A stretch of DNA of 64,000 nt, taken from Eledone cirrhosa. Its lineage: Eukaryota. Under the pieces are notes generated by a model that worked only from the letters and a program-made list of their open reading frames with translations, ran no database searches and was not told where the DNA came from. The stretch spans positions 76,136,001 to 76,200,000 of the forward strand of contig OZ024743.1 of NCBI GenBank assembly GCA_964016885.1. The letters run 5' to 3'. Each line of letters starts with the position of its first letter. The first letter of the stretch is position 1. Below, piece by piece: positions 42,330 to 56,768 of the stretch. The position numbers and the translations under genes are program-made.

Positions 42330-42909
42330 GTATATATATGTATATGTGTGTATGTATGTGTATTTAGATGTGTATGTATGTGTATGTGTGTACACATGGA
42401 CTAGAGTAAGTATGTATATATGTGTGTGTCTATACGTGTGTATATAAAGATAAGTTGAGTATGAAAATGTATACACATGAGTGCGTATGTATGTACATGA
42501 ATACATGTGTGTATATATATGTGTATGCATGTGTATATATATGTAAGTATGAATATGTGAATTGTGAGTATATGTATTTTGTAGAGGTGTGCAAATATAT
42601 TTGTGTGTGAATGCGTGGGTGAAAGGATACGTACACTTGAAAGAAAAATTTAAGTCTGAATGTTAATTAAGTGCAAACACAAAACCAACCACGCATATCT
42701 TTACTATCTCTAATCCTTCTATAGATTTAGAAAAATAACCAATAATATATTCTATAAAAAATGTCAAAACAACAGATGGGAATCTAATTACTCACTGCCA
42801 CCAAGAATTCTCACTGCTATCGAAAAACCACTCCTTCAACTATTCTTCTAACAACTTCACCCCTCCCTCCTAATATTCTCTATAAAAACTAAATAGGTCC
42901 TCAGTAATA

Positions 42910-43029
42910 TTATTCTGATGAAATGACAGTAAATAATAACATTGAAATATTGAATGTCTGCATAACTAAAAGTTTGTAGATAGCAGCTGTTTTAGGTTAT
43001 GTAACTGTTATAGAAACACGTGTCAATAA
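42910..43029 (+). ncRNA. Type I hammerhead with ~90-nt stem II
   Basis: TTATT-CTGATGA-aATGACAGT...ACTGTTATa-GAAA-CACGTG-TC-AATAA. Confidence 0.8.
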
Positions 43030-43176
43030 ATTCCTTTCAACTAAACTGTATCCATTCAAATCTTTCTATTTTTCTCCGGATTACTTTTGGAACTACAACT
43101 GGAACCGTCGAGCAAACTCTACGTGAGCTGATAATCTACTGTGTGTAATATTTATATTACAACACAACGGAAAATA

Positions 43177-43242
<66 letters not shown>

Positions 43243-43558
43243 AATATATATATATATATATATATTCGAAAGTAAGGCTTTTTTAATATATCCCACATGG
43301 GTAAAAATATAGAAAAAATAAGTTGAAAATGCAATTGGAGTCTTTAAGAAGGTTTATTTACAACAATTATTAACTTTACTGGATGGAGAGGCGAGTTATA
43401 TATCTGTATAGCCACACATCCCTCCATCTCTTTTTAACTTATGGAAATCATGAAACTTGTGAAACCAATGAAGTTATAAATTGTTGAAAATAAACCTTCT
43501 TAAAGACTCCAATTGCATTTTCAACTTCTGTGTCATATATATATAAATATATATATAA

Positions 43559-43626
<68 letters not shown>

Positions 43627-43633
<7 letters not shown>

Positions 43634-43795
43634 AGAAAAAAGAGAATCAGTGTTGCGACGAAAGGAATTTATTTGACATATTACAATAAATTGCTTTCGT
43701 CGCAACACTGATTCTCTTTTTCTGTGATATCATACTCTGCTCTATGAGGGCATCGAATGCTCATACGGACGCTTTAAGCATCCAACACCAATTAT
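43627..43795. mobile_element. Family A-related fold-back (palindrome 43627-43730 plus tail)
   Basis: Visible palindrome; tail ACTCTGCTC...GCATC shared with 377-445. Confidence 0.65.
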
Positions 43796-44247
43796 ATATA
43801 TATATATATGCTGTGGCCGTACATTACTTTACTCATAACCACCAACTGAAGTAACTGGCTTATTTCTAGAATAAAAGATAGAATTTCACTTCGTTAATTA
43901 TGTCACTAATTTCTGCACTTTTGTCTTAATCTGTACTGAAACTAATCTAAGTCTAATATACTACAGTCAAAAGCTGAACCTATCATTTTCTATATCCAAT
44001 TTTTCGGTATGTTAATTTCCAACAGGACAAGTTTGTATATATTCTTACAATATTTTTTTAAGCTCACTTCACTCAGTGAAGTAAGAACTTACTGGGGTGT
44101 CACCTTCGAGGGTTTAACCCTATATCGACCTCAATAATTTGCAAAGATAGCCTAAATGAAATTTCATCTAACGATAGAGAGATCACATATTACAACCGAT
44201 TTTGTGTAACCCGTAGATGAACTTTCACATTTGATATGTTTCACTTT

Positions 44248-44402
44248 AGGCGGCAAATCGGTAGAATTGTTAGAACATCAATTACAATTCTTTGTCATAT
44301 TCGTTTCGACTCTCTGCCTTCTGAGTTCAAATCCCGCTGAGATCAACTTTGCCTTTCATCCATTCGCGGTCGATAAATACCAGTCAAATACTGGGGTCGA
44401 TT
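44248..44402 (+). mobile_element. SINE (major family variant)
   Basis: GAGTTCAAATCCCG plus core. Confidence 0.8.
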
Positions 44403-45179
44403 CTGTTTCAATATCTCTTGCCCATTCCCATTCTCTCACTCTCTCTATCCTTCTCTGGAATAAATCTGCTGTATTAAGACTTGGAGAGGAGATGGGCTCC
44501 ACTAGGTTTTTAAAAGGTTCCCTAGAAACGCCGTATGTCAATATGGCGTCCCTACGACTCCCTCAAGAGTTAAGGCCATTAATGCATTCATGTTTCACTT
44601 TAGCACCAAGTCTCGTGATTGATTCCTCAGATCCCACAACATGTATCGATCTACGTCTCGATCATAATCCAAGTGTCTATATCTGTAGTCATACCAGTTT
44701 CCACCATCACTTCATTAGCAATGTCACCTGTCACGGAACACAGCGGACATGGAAAAAGTCAGGAAATATTTGAGAGAAAAGAGGCACCAGCGCATCCCCA
44801 CCCGAGCAGACCAATAATCAACAGCTTTCCTGCTGTAACCATCTAATCATTCTTTAAAACCACAGAGTTTCTACGACTAAACTATCTAATGTGTTTTGTT
44901 ATTTTTTAAAGACGGAGGGGAAGGATTTAAGACTAACAGGTTTTAGAATCCCTTATTGGCTTGCATCAAACGTGGTAGAAAAAAAGTCCCTCCAGTAATG
45001 AAGAGACTACCACTCAGTTATCTTCCCTTTGTAACTCCTTTCTATACAGTCGAAGACTTCCGTCTAACCTTCAATGGTTTTAAACACGTGACCCTCATTC
45101 TGAAGATGGAAGGGAGATTTAGTTTTGTATATATTCCAGTTGTTGTCTTCCTGTTTCTTCTACAACAACTACAACAGTA

Positions 45180-45860
45180 CACGATGGGGCCCACCCACAG
45201 CCCCGGCGGACAGAATGGAGAAGGCGTTTCCCCGGAGGACAGCAAGGGAGACGCGATGGGAAGGCCACTCCAGCTCGCGAGGCTCACACCTGCGGTTGGC
45301 CAGCTCAGCGCCTATGGTGTGAGTAATGAGGTAGCCCTGGGGCAGAGGACACCAGAAGTCTCCACTGCCAGAGGTACGACCGCAAACCTGTCGGAGAGCG
45401 ACCGGTATTTGAGGAGTTTGGCCCCCTCAGCAGATTCTGGGTCAGTCGCAGACTGCACCAAGTTGCGGCTGCAGAAAGTGTCGGTGCAAGTGGCATCCCA
45501 GACGATGGGTTTGCCACCGCGAAACGGGAAGATGGTCATGCCATCTGGCCTTTTGCCGTCCCCTCGATCCAGCCCCACCGGCTCGAGCTGGGAAGGGATG
45601 CCTGCAGCGTCCAAGCCATGCTTAATGACCTCGTTGAGGGCAGCATGGCGTGGAATGCGGCCGGCACTGTGGCGACAGGAAAGCGGGTGGAGGCCGAAAG
45701 GGTCCACGGTGGAACTGCAGCGACATTGGTGTGGCTGGCATATCCGGAGGCCGAGCCTCAGGGAAACGCCGTAGCATATCCGGTATTCTACGAGATGTTG
45801 CTAGTTTCTTACTGGGTCTTTCTTCTCGCAGCGCAACATAGCTGATTCCGGGAGGGGGCG
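45180..45860 (-). mobile_element. CRE-clade-like RLE non-LTR retrotransposon 3' fragment
   Basis: SCRHSAGRIPRHAALNEVI...LEPVGLDRGDGKRPDGMTIFPFRGGKPIVWDATCTDTF...VPLAVETSG (RH, PD..D endonuclease motifs). Confidence 0.8.
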
Positions 45861-45865
45861 GGGTG

Positions 45866-47152
45866 AGAGAGGGAAAGATAGGAGGGGAGAGGGGAAGAGA
45901 AAGATAGGCAGGGAAAGATAGGAAGGGAGAGGGGAAGAGAAAGATAGACAGGGAAAGATGAGAGGGGAAGAGAAAGATAGACAGGGAAAGATAGGAGGGG
46001 AGAGGGGAAGAGAAAGATAGGCAGGGAAAGATAGGAGGGGAGAGGGGAAGAGAAAGATAGGCAGGGAAAGATAGGAGGGGAGAGGGGAAGAGAAAGTTAG
46101 GCATGGAAAGATAGGAGGGGAGAGGGGAAGAGAAAGTTAGGCATGGAAAGATAGGAGGGGAGAGGGGAAGAGAAAGATAGGCAGGGAAAGATAGGAGAGG
46201 AGAGGGGAAGAGAAAGGTAGGCATGGAAAGATAGGAGGGGAGAGGGGAAGAGAAAGATCGGCATGGAAAGATAGGAGGGGAGAGGGGAAGAGAAAGATAG
46301 GCAGGGAAAGATAGGAGGGGAGAGGGGAAGAGAAAGTTAGGCATGGAAAGATAGGAGGGGAGAGGGGAAGAGAAAGTTAGGCATGGAAAGATAGGAGGGG
46401 AGAGGGGAAGAGAAAGATAGGCAGGGAAAGATAGGAGAGGAGAGGGGAAGAGAAAGATCGGCATGGAAAGATAGGAGGGGAGAGGGGAAGAGAAAGATAG
46501 GCAGGGAAAGATAGGAGAGGAGAGGGGAAGAGAAAGGTAGGCATGGAAAGATAGGAGGGGAGAGGGGAAGAGAAAGATCGGCATGGAAAGATAGGAGGGG
46601 AGAGGGGAAGAGAAAGATAGACAGGGAAAGATAGGAGGGGAGAGGGGAAGAGAAAGATAGAAGGGGAGAGGGGAAGAGAAAGGTAGGCATGGAAAGATAG
46701 GAGGGGAGAGGGGAAGAGAAAGATCGGCATGGAAAGATAGGAGGGGAGAGGGGAAGAGAAAGATCGGCATGGAAAGATAGGAGGGGAGAGGGGAAGAGAA
46801 ATATAGGCAGGGAAAGATAGGAGAGGAGAGGGGAAGAGAAAGATAGACAGGGAAAGATAGGAGGGGAGAGGGGAAGAGAAAGATAGAAGGGGAGAGGGGA
46901 AGAGAAAGGTAGGCATGGAAAGATAGGAGGGGAGAGGGGAAGAGAAAGATCGGCATGGAAAGATAGGAGGGGAGAGGGGAAGAGAAAGATCGGCATGGAA
47001 AGATAGGAGGGGAGAGGGGAAGAGAAAGATAGACAGGGAAAGATAGGAGGGGAGAGGGGAAGAGAAAGATAGGAGGGGAGAGGGGAAGAGAAAGATAGGA
47101 GGGGAGAGGGGAAGAGAAAGATAGGCAGGGAAAGATAGGAGGAGAGAGGGGA
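45866..47152. repeat. 40-bp purine-rich minisatellite (~30 units)
   Basis: Unit GCA(T/G)GGAAAGATAGGAGGGGAGAGGGGAAGAGAAAGATAG. Confidence 0.95.
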
Positions 47153-47293
47153 GGTCTCAGTTTTATATTAGTACTTTATTTATCGTCCACGGAAAGAGAA
47201 AATTCAAAGCTGAACTCAGCTGGATTTAAATTAATTACACATATATGTGTGAATATATTTCCTTCTCTTCCTTTCTCTCAATTCCTTCACTAA

Positions 47294-47370
<77 letters not shown>

Positions 47371-47950
47371 AAGAGAGAGAAATTACTTCTACAGAGCTAG
47401 AACCGTTTCATTCGCAGGAAATCACCAGGAAACAGTTCTAGTCACGTAGGAGTCATTTCTATTTCTATAATAAAATAAAGATACCTGCCTTTTTTAACTG
47501 TGGTCTCCTCCCGATATACACCTATTATATATAAATATATATATAAGAGATTATATAATTAAATATAAAAGAGAGATAAACACAGATATATACATATATG
47601 TGTTCAAATCGTAAGGCACCAGATTCGCTAGGGTGAAAAAAATACTAACTATGGACAACAGGGTTTGCCAGACTCAATTTAAAAGAATAAATCAAGAAAA
47701 GAAATACAAGCCGATATTAGGGCAACTGCCAGACACCCAGACAGCTTTTGACCCTAGCGAATCTGGTCCCTTATTATTTGAACACATATGTATATATCTG
47801 TGTTTATCTCTCTTTTATATTCAATTATATTACACGGCCCGGAAAAATCTCTTTCCTTGAGCTATTTAATTGTAAGAGACTATTTTGAGTTTCTAACTCA
47901 ATATATACCTTTGATATATAAGATTATATATACTTACATGTGTGTGTTAC

Positions 47951-48079
47951 GGGGTGTTACTGGTACTTTATTTTATCGATCCCGTAAAGATGAAAAGCAA
48001 AGATAACCTCGGCGGGATTTGAACTCAGAAAGTAAAGGGACGTAACTTTATGCTGCGAAGCAACGTGTCCGACGCTCCA
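47951..48079 (-). mobile_element. SINE (major family)
   Basis: Core motif. Confidence 0.8.
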
Positions 48080-48373
48080 TTAATAATAATAATAATAATA
48101 ATAAGGGTTTAGATCGATATCTAATGATTTCGATCTTGTTGGTTACAATTTACTCAATAAATTCATTTGGAGCATACACAAATGAATAATTGTAATACAA
48201 CATTCCCAGCCAGAAGGCTAAATCTTATGAAAACAGTGTAATTATTTTATAGACAGATTAACATATGGAAACGTTAAAGTACACACTATTTCATCAATTG
48301 AAACGGCCAGTATCCTTCTAGTTAAGCCCACATAGATCTGCCGGAGTACAAATATATATCCATATTATATATA

Positions 48374-48528
<155 letters not shown>

Positions 48529-48571
48529 ATGTATGTATGTATGTATATATATATATGTATATATATATATA

Positions 48572-49396
<825 letters not shown>

Positions 49397-50059
49397 GCGA
49401 GAATCGCATTTCGGCGGGTAGAAAAGGCGAAACGAAACGCAAAAATCAGATATGGTACTGGCAAGCGCTCGATAGTTAAAAAACTAGAGCTAAACAATAT
49501 CTTAAGAGGCTATACAAAACTGAAATAGTGGTCAAGAAAGCGTCAACAACCTAAGCCAAAATGCAAATCAAGCTAAACAGATCAAAACAAAATAAAATAA
49601 ATGATTAAGAAAACACAGACCTGGAGCCCTTGGAATTGATGTTAAAATCCAAATGCAGGGTTTCTATGACACCTAAATCAAATACTGTCTGCTTAAAAAT
49701 ATAAGCTTTATGTATAATGGTCGAACAAGGAATATCATGTTATCAACAGGTATGTTGCTCTGTACCAAATTTGTGAGTGACACAGAGGCACGTAAACGCA
49801 CGTGTGGAATTCACAAAGGGAAAGAACCCCAGATTTTGGCAAATGAATTCAGTATGTGTATAACATGCAAAAAATTGCATCAATAGCACAAATCGAATAA
49901 GCTCTCAACCAGGTGGTTTTTAAAATAAACTTATACAATTAACCTGTCAATAAAAATTATTAAGACACGGGAGATTAATACAAATATAGATTCAGTGAGA
50001 ATCGCATTTCGATGGTTGCAGCTCGATTTCGAGTAATGCCATCACTTGATACTTAAGCA

Positions 50060-50548
50060 TGAGCATCACGGACGTTGTAATCCTGCTAGGGACTTGCCTA
50101 TGGTCAGCAATACCAAGATGTCAAAAAACTCCACATATCAAGCGATGCCTGTGCTTGAAGCTTTTTTAAATGAGGAAAGGCTTTGCACAAGGCCAATCCC
50201 ACTCTCTGAACATTGAATGCATTTGTCACAAAAGAAGAACTGGTCTACATCATTGGATGCAAATCAAGTCGCCGGTTTTATATCAGAGTGATCTTCTCCT
50301 AGAGAGATGTCTTAATGAAGTCTAGGAGTCTCTCGCTCCACAAAAAACACTTTATTGCATGGCCACTGACTCTCCGGAGTTCCCCCGCCCATTGACGGGT
50401 TTTGTTTTTCATCCCACGGCGTGTCCTAAATCACCCTCCTCACCCAACAAGCTTAATGGGGTTGCCGGTTTAAACGTCGATGAGCCGACCATCCACAGGT
50501 TGTACTGGGTTACATGTTACCAATAGTGCTGAAGAGCGACCTGGCATA
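50060..50548 (-). mobile_element. Non-autonomous bipartite RTE-derived element (diverged copy)
   Basis: Collinear with 1185-1765. Confidence 0.55.
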
Positions 50549-50570
50549 TATACATACATACATACATAAT

Positions 50571-50857
50571 ACACCATTAATGGAACAGTAAAAATATGGA
50601 AAACATTCCAAAAATGTTGCATCTAATAACTGCATATACACATGTACAGGTACAAAGCATATACACATGCACACATATAACTCAAAACATTCACATCCAC
50701 ACATACAATAACATCCATATCTACACATGCATGCAGACATACATATCTACCTAGTTGATGTTGTGTAAATTCCAATGAGAGAGTCTTGTGTCTATGTTAG
50801 AAGCCGACTCTCTCTCTCTATTGGTAAAAATTTGTGAAATTATAAAACCAGAAGAAC
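50571..50857 (+). mobile_element. 3'-terminal fragment of the R4/Dong-like element
   Basis: Matches 54702-54990; (ACAT)n on both sides. Confidence 0.9.
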
Positions 50858-50894
50858 ATACATACATAGATAAATACATATATACGTACATACA

Positions 50895-53800
50895 TACATA
50901 CAGACATACATACACAGTCAACGCGATCAGTCGCATATTTTGGCGTGGGAGACTATTTATTAAATTTAAGATGAATACTATCTCCGACAGTAATGCCACA
51001 ACTACAGTCATGTTGAATAACAGGTTATTCTTCTAACTATATCTTCTGAAGACAACTTTTATTCGAATTCGTAGAGATATCCGACTAAATACATAATTCA
51101 TTTTACAAGGATTTGCTACAAACAGCATGGCTGAACACAACATCAACAACAAAATTAAGGAAGTATCGAAGACAAATAAAAAGGAAGGTAAACAAACTTT
51201 ATTCAGTTGTAGCTACAGAACAAACCGAAATTATAAATCGCATTTCTCTTGGAGTTGCGAACTTAATAATGATTTATTTAATTGTTATAAAATGGCAAAA
51301 AACAATCACTCCATTGACTATATGCACAGAATGAAGCTACACTGGGACGAAATGCACCCAGAGCTAAATTATTTCACAGCGAAAACAATTACGCCAACAA
51401 GCGACGTTTGTTGAACGTAAAAATAAGATAAATATTATTAATTGTAAGTCCCCCACAACAAACATGTTATCAACAACACGTGCTACAGGTCGCCATGCTA
51501 CTAGACTTCCTAGCAGCCAGGTCGAACAGCGCCTTGAAACAACCATGCCTGTAAAAAACTTGACACAACCTGTACCATCTAAGTCTACCTCGAATGCTGG
51601 GGAAAACACTATCGATAATAATAATAATAATCGAAGAAATAATAATAATAATCGAAGAAATTTGACACCACGTGTACTATGCGAGTCTACCTCGACTGTT
51701 GTGGAAAATACTATCGATAATGATAATAATCAAAAGTATAAAGAATTGAAATTTTCCCTCAACGAAATCTTCCAGAGAGAAATTAATTCATGTATAAATA
51801 TCTCTCTTGGTGAACGTATTAAAACGACAATGTTTAATAAAAAAACAAATAATGAAATATTACGTGTTATTGACGAAATAGGGGATGAATATTTACGACG
51901 GATAAAAACCTCAACATTTTGGCAAATCAACGCCTGTTTATATGCCTTAGCAACGACAGTGAAGCATTATCTTGGTGATAGCAGAGATATTAACAAGAAC
52001 AGAACACCACCAAAAATACCATCATATATAACTAAAATAGAAAAAATAGATTGCTGACCTACGAAAAAACATAGGATATGTGACAATGCTCCTTACATGC
52101 AAACAAACACAAAAAACCTCACTCCTCACCAACAAAGAGTGAAAAATAAAATAAAGACGATGTTTGGTAAAAGAACTCTCCAATATAAGCTAATCTCCCT
52201 CAAACAAGAATGGAGAGCTGTTAGCGAAAAACGCCGATACCTGAAGAAGGTAGATGAGAGAAAGGTGCTTAATAAAAGATTCAGACGAGACCAAACATCA
52301 GTCTATAGAGATATGAAGGGCAAAATAATAAGTGTCACTGGGGCCCCATCCCAGAAAGACATAGATTCCTTTTGGAGCAAAATATGGGGTGAAAAGAAGA
52401 ATTTCAACCAAGATGCAGTGTGGCTAAGAGAAATCCGAAAGAACTACTGCTCCTACACTACAACAAAAACATAGGAAATAAGTGAGGGTACCCTTGAGAC
52501 TGTGATAGGAAAACTACAAGATAAGAAAACACCAGGAAGAGACATGATTGTCGGCTACTGGTACAAAAAACTGATATTCTATCAGAGGTATCTTACTGAC
52601 CTCTACCAACAAGTTCTTAAGGGAGATACACTTATACCAGAATGGTTGACATTAGCACAAACATTATTGGTCCCCAAACACCCACTTGGTAAAAAACTAC
52701 GAACCCATTGCATGCCAGAACCTGATGTATAAGATGTATACAACCTGCCTGAACCTATTCCTCCAAGATCACTGTGTAAATAATAACATCATCACAGATG
52801 AACAAGCAGCTAGAAAGAAAGGGGTTTGGGGATGTGCTGAACAACTCCTAATCAACAAAACTGCGATGTCGGAGGTGCGACAACTTAGGAGGAATATGAC
52901 TACAGGAAAGCTTTCGATTCTGTTTCCCACTCTTGGATGATAGAGGCCCTCCAACTTGCTAAAGTCCCAGACATTATTGTCAGAGCCACAGAGAGGCTGT
53001 CTTCTTCTTTGGCTACTATCCTAAGGTTAAAGACAGAGAGGGAGGACTCTATTTTCACTGATAAAATAAAATATTGCTGGGGCATATTTCTGGGGGACAG
53101 TCTCTCTGTGATATTATTCATCTTGTCATTAAACCCCTTGTCCTTTCTGCTCAAGAAATGTGAGGGATACATCATTGGCTCACATGAGGACCGAAATACG
53201 AACCTAACCCATAATTTCTTTGTGAACGATCTGAAACTCTATGCCAAGAACATGGATGGGATGAAGAAAAATCTTGACCTGGTTACAACGTTCTCAAAAG
53301 ATATAGGAATGGAGTTTGGCCAAGATAAATGCTCATACATGACTGTAAAGCTGGAAAAAACAACAACCCAATCTAGCAACGTTGTCATCAATGGCCTAAC
53401 TGTTTCACTGATATCTGATCAGGACTGCTACAGATACCTGGGGATAGATGAGAACATATCCTATAATGGTATCTGTAATAAAGAACGCGTAGCCAGGGAA
53501 TACTACACCCGATTAAGAAAGATTTGGTCATCGGAACTCTCTGCCCAAAACAAAACAATGGCTCACAATGTGTTTGCTGTGCCTGTCCTAACACCAACGT
53601 TTGGAATACTCAATTGGACGATAGACGAAATCCGAGCAATTGATGTTGGAACTCGAAAAATACTAAACACCGGAAACTTCCACATCAACAGTGACACAGA
53701 CCGCCTTTACTTGAAACGTAAGCAGGGAGGCAGAGGCCTAACATCAGTCCAGACAACATTTGAATGTCGCATCATATCTCTCCGACAATATCTACGAACC

Positions 53801-54990
53801 TCGAAGCGTAGGAGCCCGTTTCTCGAGCAAGTCTATTTGCATGAAACAGATAAGATCATGAGAGTTGGGAAGGAACTCCTCGAGAGATATTCCCTGTGTG
53901 ATAATCAAAAACTCACACCCAGGGAAGTCGCTCAGCAGTATCGCAATGAATCCCTAGATGAAAAACTGCATACTTATCAGCAAAAAATCATGCATGGATA
54001 TGTTCCAGAGTGAGAGTAATATAGATAAGGAAAGTAGTCTATCTTGGACCAACAACCGCTACATTGGCTCCCACTTTGAAGGATAGGCTTTTGCAATCCA
54101 ACAACAGGAGATTAACACAAAATACCTGATTCACAAAAGAGATAGGGATGCAGGCAAAACACCTAGATGTGATAACAAGTGCAGACTCTGCAGAACTAAC
54201 ATCGAGGATTTCACCCATGTCATCAGCAGCTGTCCGAAGATGTCATCGCGGTACTATCTACCTATGAGGCATGATGTAGTGGCCAAAACATTGTACAATG
54301 CAGTTCGTAAAAAGGATTGCCCCGATAATAAACACATTAAAAGCTATAGCAATGTAGAAGACATCCATGTACATAATATGAAAGAGTACAGTAAAAACCC
54401 CAATAAAATGCAGGCATAACAGACCAGATATTATGATATGGGACAGGGAGAAGAAAGCATGCACGGTAGTGGAAATTAGCTGCCCAGCAGATGCCAATAT
54501 AATATCAAAGATTAGTGAAAAGGAGAATATTTATGCAGAACTGATGAGAAATCTGCAGATACTCCACCCTGATTACACCTTCAGATTTATGCCTGTGATT
54601 ATTGGGGCACTGGGGTATGTTAGTAACTGCCGCAATACAAATCTTGAGAAGTTAGGGTTCACAGGAACAGAAAGAACACAACTAGTTAGGAAACTACAAG
54701 TACAATCCATTAATGGGACAGTAAAAATATGTAAAACATTCCAAAAATTTTGCATCTAATAACTGCATATATACACATGTACAGATGCAAAGCGTATACA
54801 CATGCACACATACAACTCAAAACATACACATCCACACATACAATAACATCCATATCTACACATGCATGCATACATACATATCTACCTAGTTGATGTTGTG
54901 TAAATTCCAATGAGAGAGTCTTGTGTCTATATTAAAAACCGACTCTCTCTCTATTGGTAAACCTTTGTGAAATTATTAAACCAGAAGAAC
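50895..54990 (+). mobile_element. Near full-length R4/Dong-clade RLE non-LTR retrotransposon
   Basis: 5'UTR, single disrupted ORF, 3'UTR ending GAAGAAC into (CA)n. Confidence 0.9.
51127..54759 (+). pseudogene. R4/Dong-like RT plus CCHC finger plus restriction-like endonuclease ORF (several stops and frameshifts)
   Basis: N-terminal W..ELN..L..CY...RM..HW...HPE; GIFLGDSLSVILF; FFVNDLKLYA (DD changed to ND); YRYLGI; RLYLKRKQGGRGL; CRLC...H...C; RHD; RPDIMIWD; VEISCP. Confidence 0.92.
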
Positions 54991-55042
54991 ACAAACACAC
55001 ACACACACACACACACACTCACACACATACATACACACACAC

Positions 55043-55141
<99 letters not shown>

Positions 55142-55449
55142 CATACATACATACACACATACATATATACACACACATACATACATACAAACATACATAC
55201 ATACACACCAGAAACAGAATTCATTCACACTTTCAAAGCAAGGAAAAGTTGTAGAACATGTTACATATAAAGAGCAATCGAGTGATACAGTTGTACGGAA
55301 CAAGGAACAATAGTTATGTACATATGTCAGCTGTCCAGCGGGTTTGTATATGTAGTCTAAGATTAAGAGAGGAAAGAAACAAAACATCTATGGAGAGCTA
55401 TTACGGAAGTTCCAGCTCACGAATCCTGACAATAGCTTCACAATTGTCG

Positions 55450-55905
55450 TCTTCTTCTTCTTCTTCTTCTTCTTCTTCTTCTTCTTCTTTTTCTTCTTTT
55501 TCTTCTTTTTCTTCTTTTTCTTCTTTTTCTTCTTTTTCTTCTTTTTCTTCTTTTTCTTCTTTTTCTTCTTTTTCTTCTTTTTCTTTTTCTTCTTTTTCTT
55601 TTTCTTCTTTTTCTTTTTCTTCTTTTTCTTTTTCTTCTTTTTCTTTTTCTTCTTTTTCTTCTTCTTCTTCTTCTTCTTCTTCTTCTAATCCTGAGAGGGT
55701 TGTGAGGGCAGAATCCGCAAGCACTCCTTCCAGCGGGTCCTGTCAGAAGCAACCATCTCCAACTGATCCGGCTGGATCTCCAAGCGAGACCAGTCAAGCT
55801 CAAGGATGTTATCCAACCATCTTGCTCGAGGTCTATCCCCGGGTCTCTTGCCGGTTGGCTTTGCCCCTAAAATCTGTCCAGCGATTCTCTCCTGAGACAT
55901 TCTAA
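55450..55905 (-). mobile_element. RTE-like LINE 3' fragment with expanded (GAA)n-derived tail (55450-55686)
   Basis: GKRPGDRPRARWLDNI...ASDRTRW then stop and (AGA)n. Confidence 0.8.
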
Positions 55906-56399
55906 CCACATACTCATAGTATCAAAGCTGTGATCTCTCAATTCAGAGAAGTAGCGGCTCTTCCTGGTGTGACTCTCTCATCTTTGAGCTATGCACTCTG
56001 TCGAGTAACGTTACTACAAAGACTCTCGCGAGTTACAGAGTTCAAATGTGACAGAGACGGAGAAGATGAAATCCGGCTCGAGATATTAAAAGCCTTAGTT
56101 TTACAATTATAAGAGGTAGATTGGGTGGTGGAACTACAGATTTTGAATAAAAGTCTGGAAATGCTAGGATGTTCCAAGAAAGATCAAACCAAACTAATCA
56201 ACGTCGATTAGCCTTAGTCTGAAGATTTCTGAGACATTCCAAAGATTCTCCATTTTAGTTTCTTGGACTAAATATATACACACAACTAAATGTGTGTATA
56301 TGACCTACAGACACATACATAAAGTGTAATCATACAACATAAACCCACATACATACACATCAGTGTACTACAGGGACATGCCCACACATAACAGGAGTA

Positions 56400-56768
56400 C
56401 AAATACATACACCTACATATATATATACACATTAATACATACACCTACATATATATATACACATTAACATATACACCTACATATATACACACATTAGTAC
56501 ATACACCTACATATATATACACATTAGTACATACACCTACATATATACACACATTAGTACATACACCTACATATATATATATATACACATTAGTACATAC
56601 ACCTACATATATACACACATTAGTACATACACCTACATATATATACACACATTAGTACATACACCTACATATATATATATACACATTAGTACATACACCT
56701 ACATATATACACACATTAGTACATACACCTACATATATACACACATTAGTACATACACCTACATATAT
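56400..56768. repeat. ~28-34-bp minisatellite, resuming at 57644-57790
   Basis: Unit ACATTAGTACATACACCTAC(AT)nAC. Confidence 0.9.

Larger units (their letters stand above)
41665..43180 (+). mobile_element. Penelope-like element remnant with ~209-bp inverted pLTRs (41665-41873 / 42861-43069) and 3' tail
   Basis: Near-perfect inverted repeat, an HHR in each arm, degenerate GIY-YIG C-terminus-like codons near 42740-42822. Confidence 0.75.

Noticed and set aside
44619-44846. Possible host exon after TTCCTCAG
   Set aside because: No recognisable protein motif or partner exon
45622-46996. Long Pro/Ser/Leu/Phe ORFs
   Set aside because: Translation of the 40-bp purine satellite, open in all minus frames
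50571-54990. Apparent LTR pair around an RT ORF
   Set aside because: The ORF is non-LTR RLE type and the repeat includes the ORF end, so the upstream copy is better explained as a separate truncated insertion
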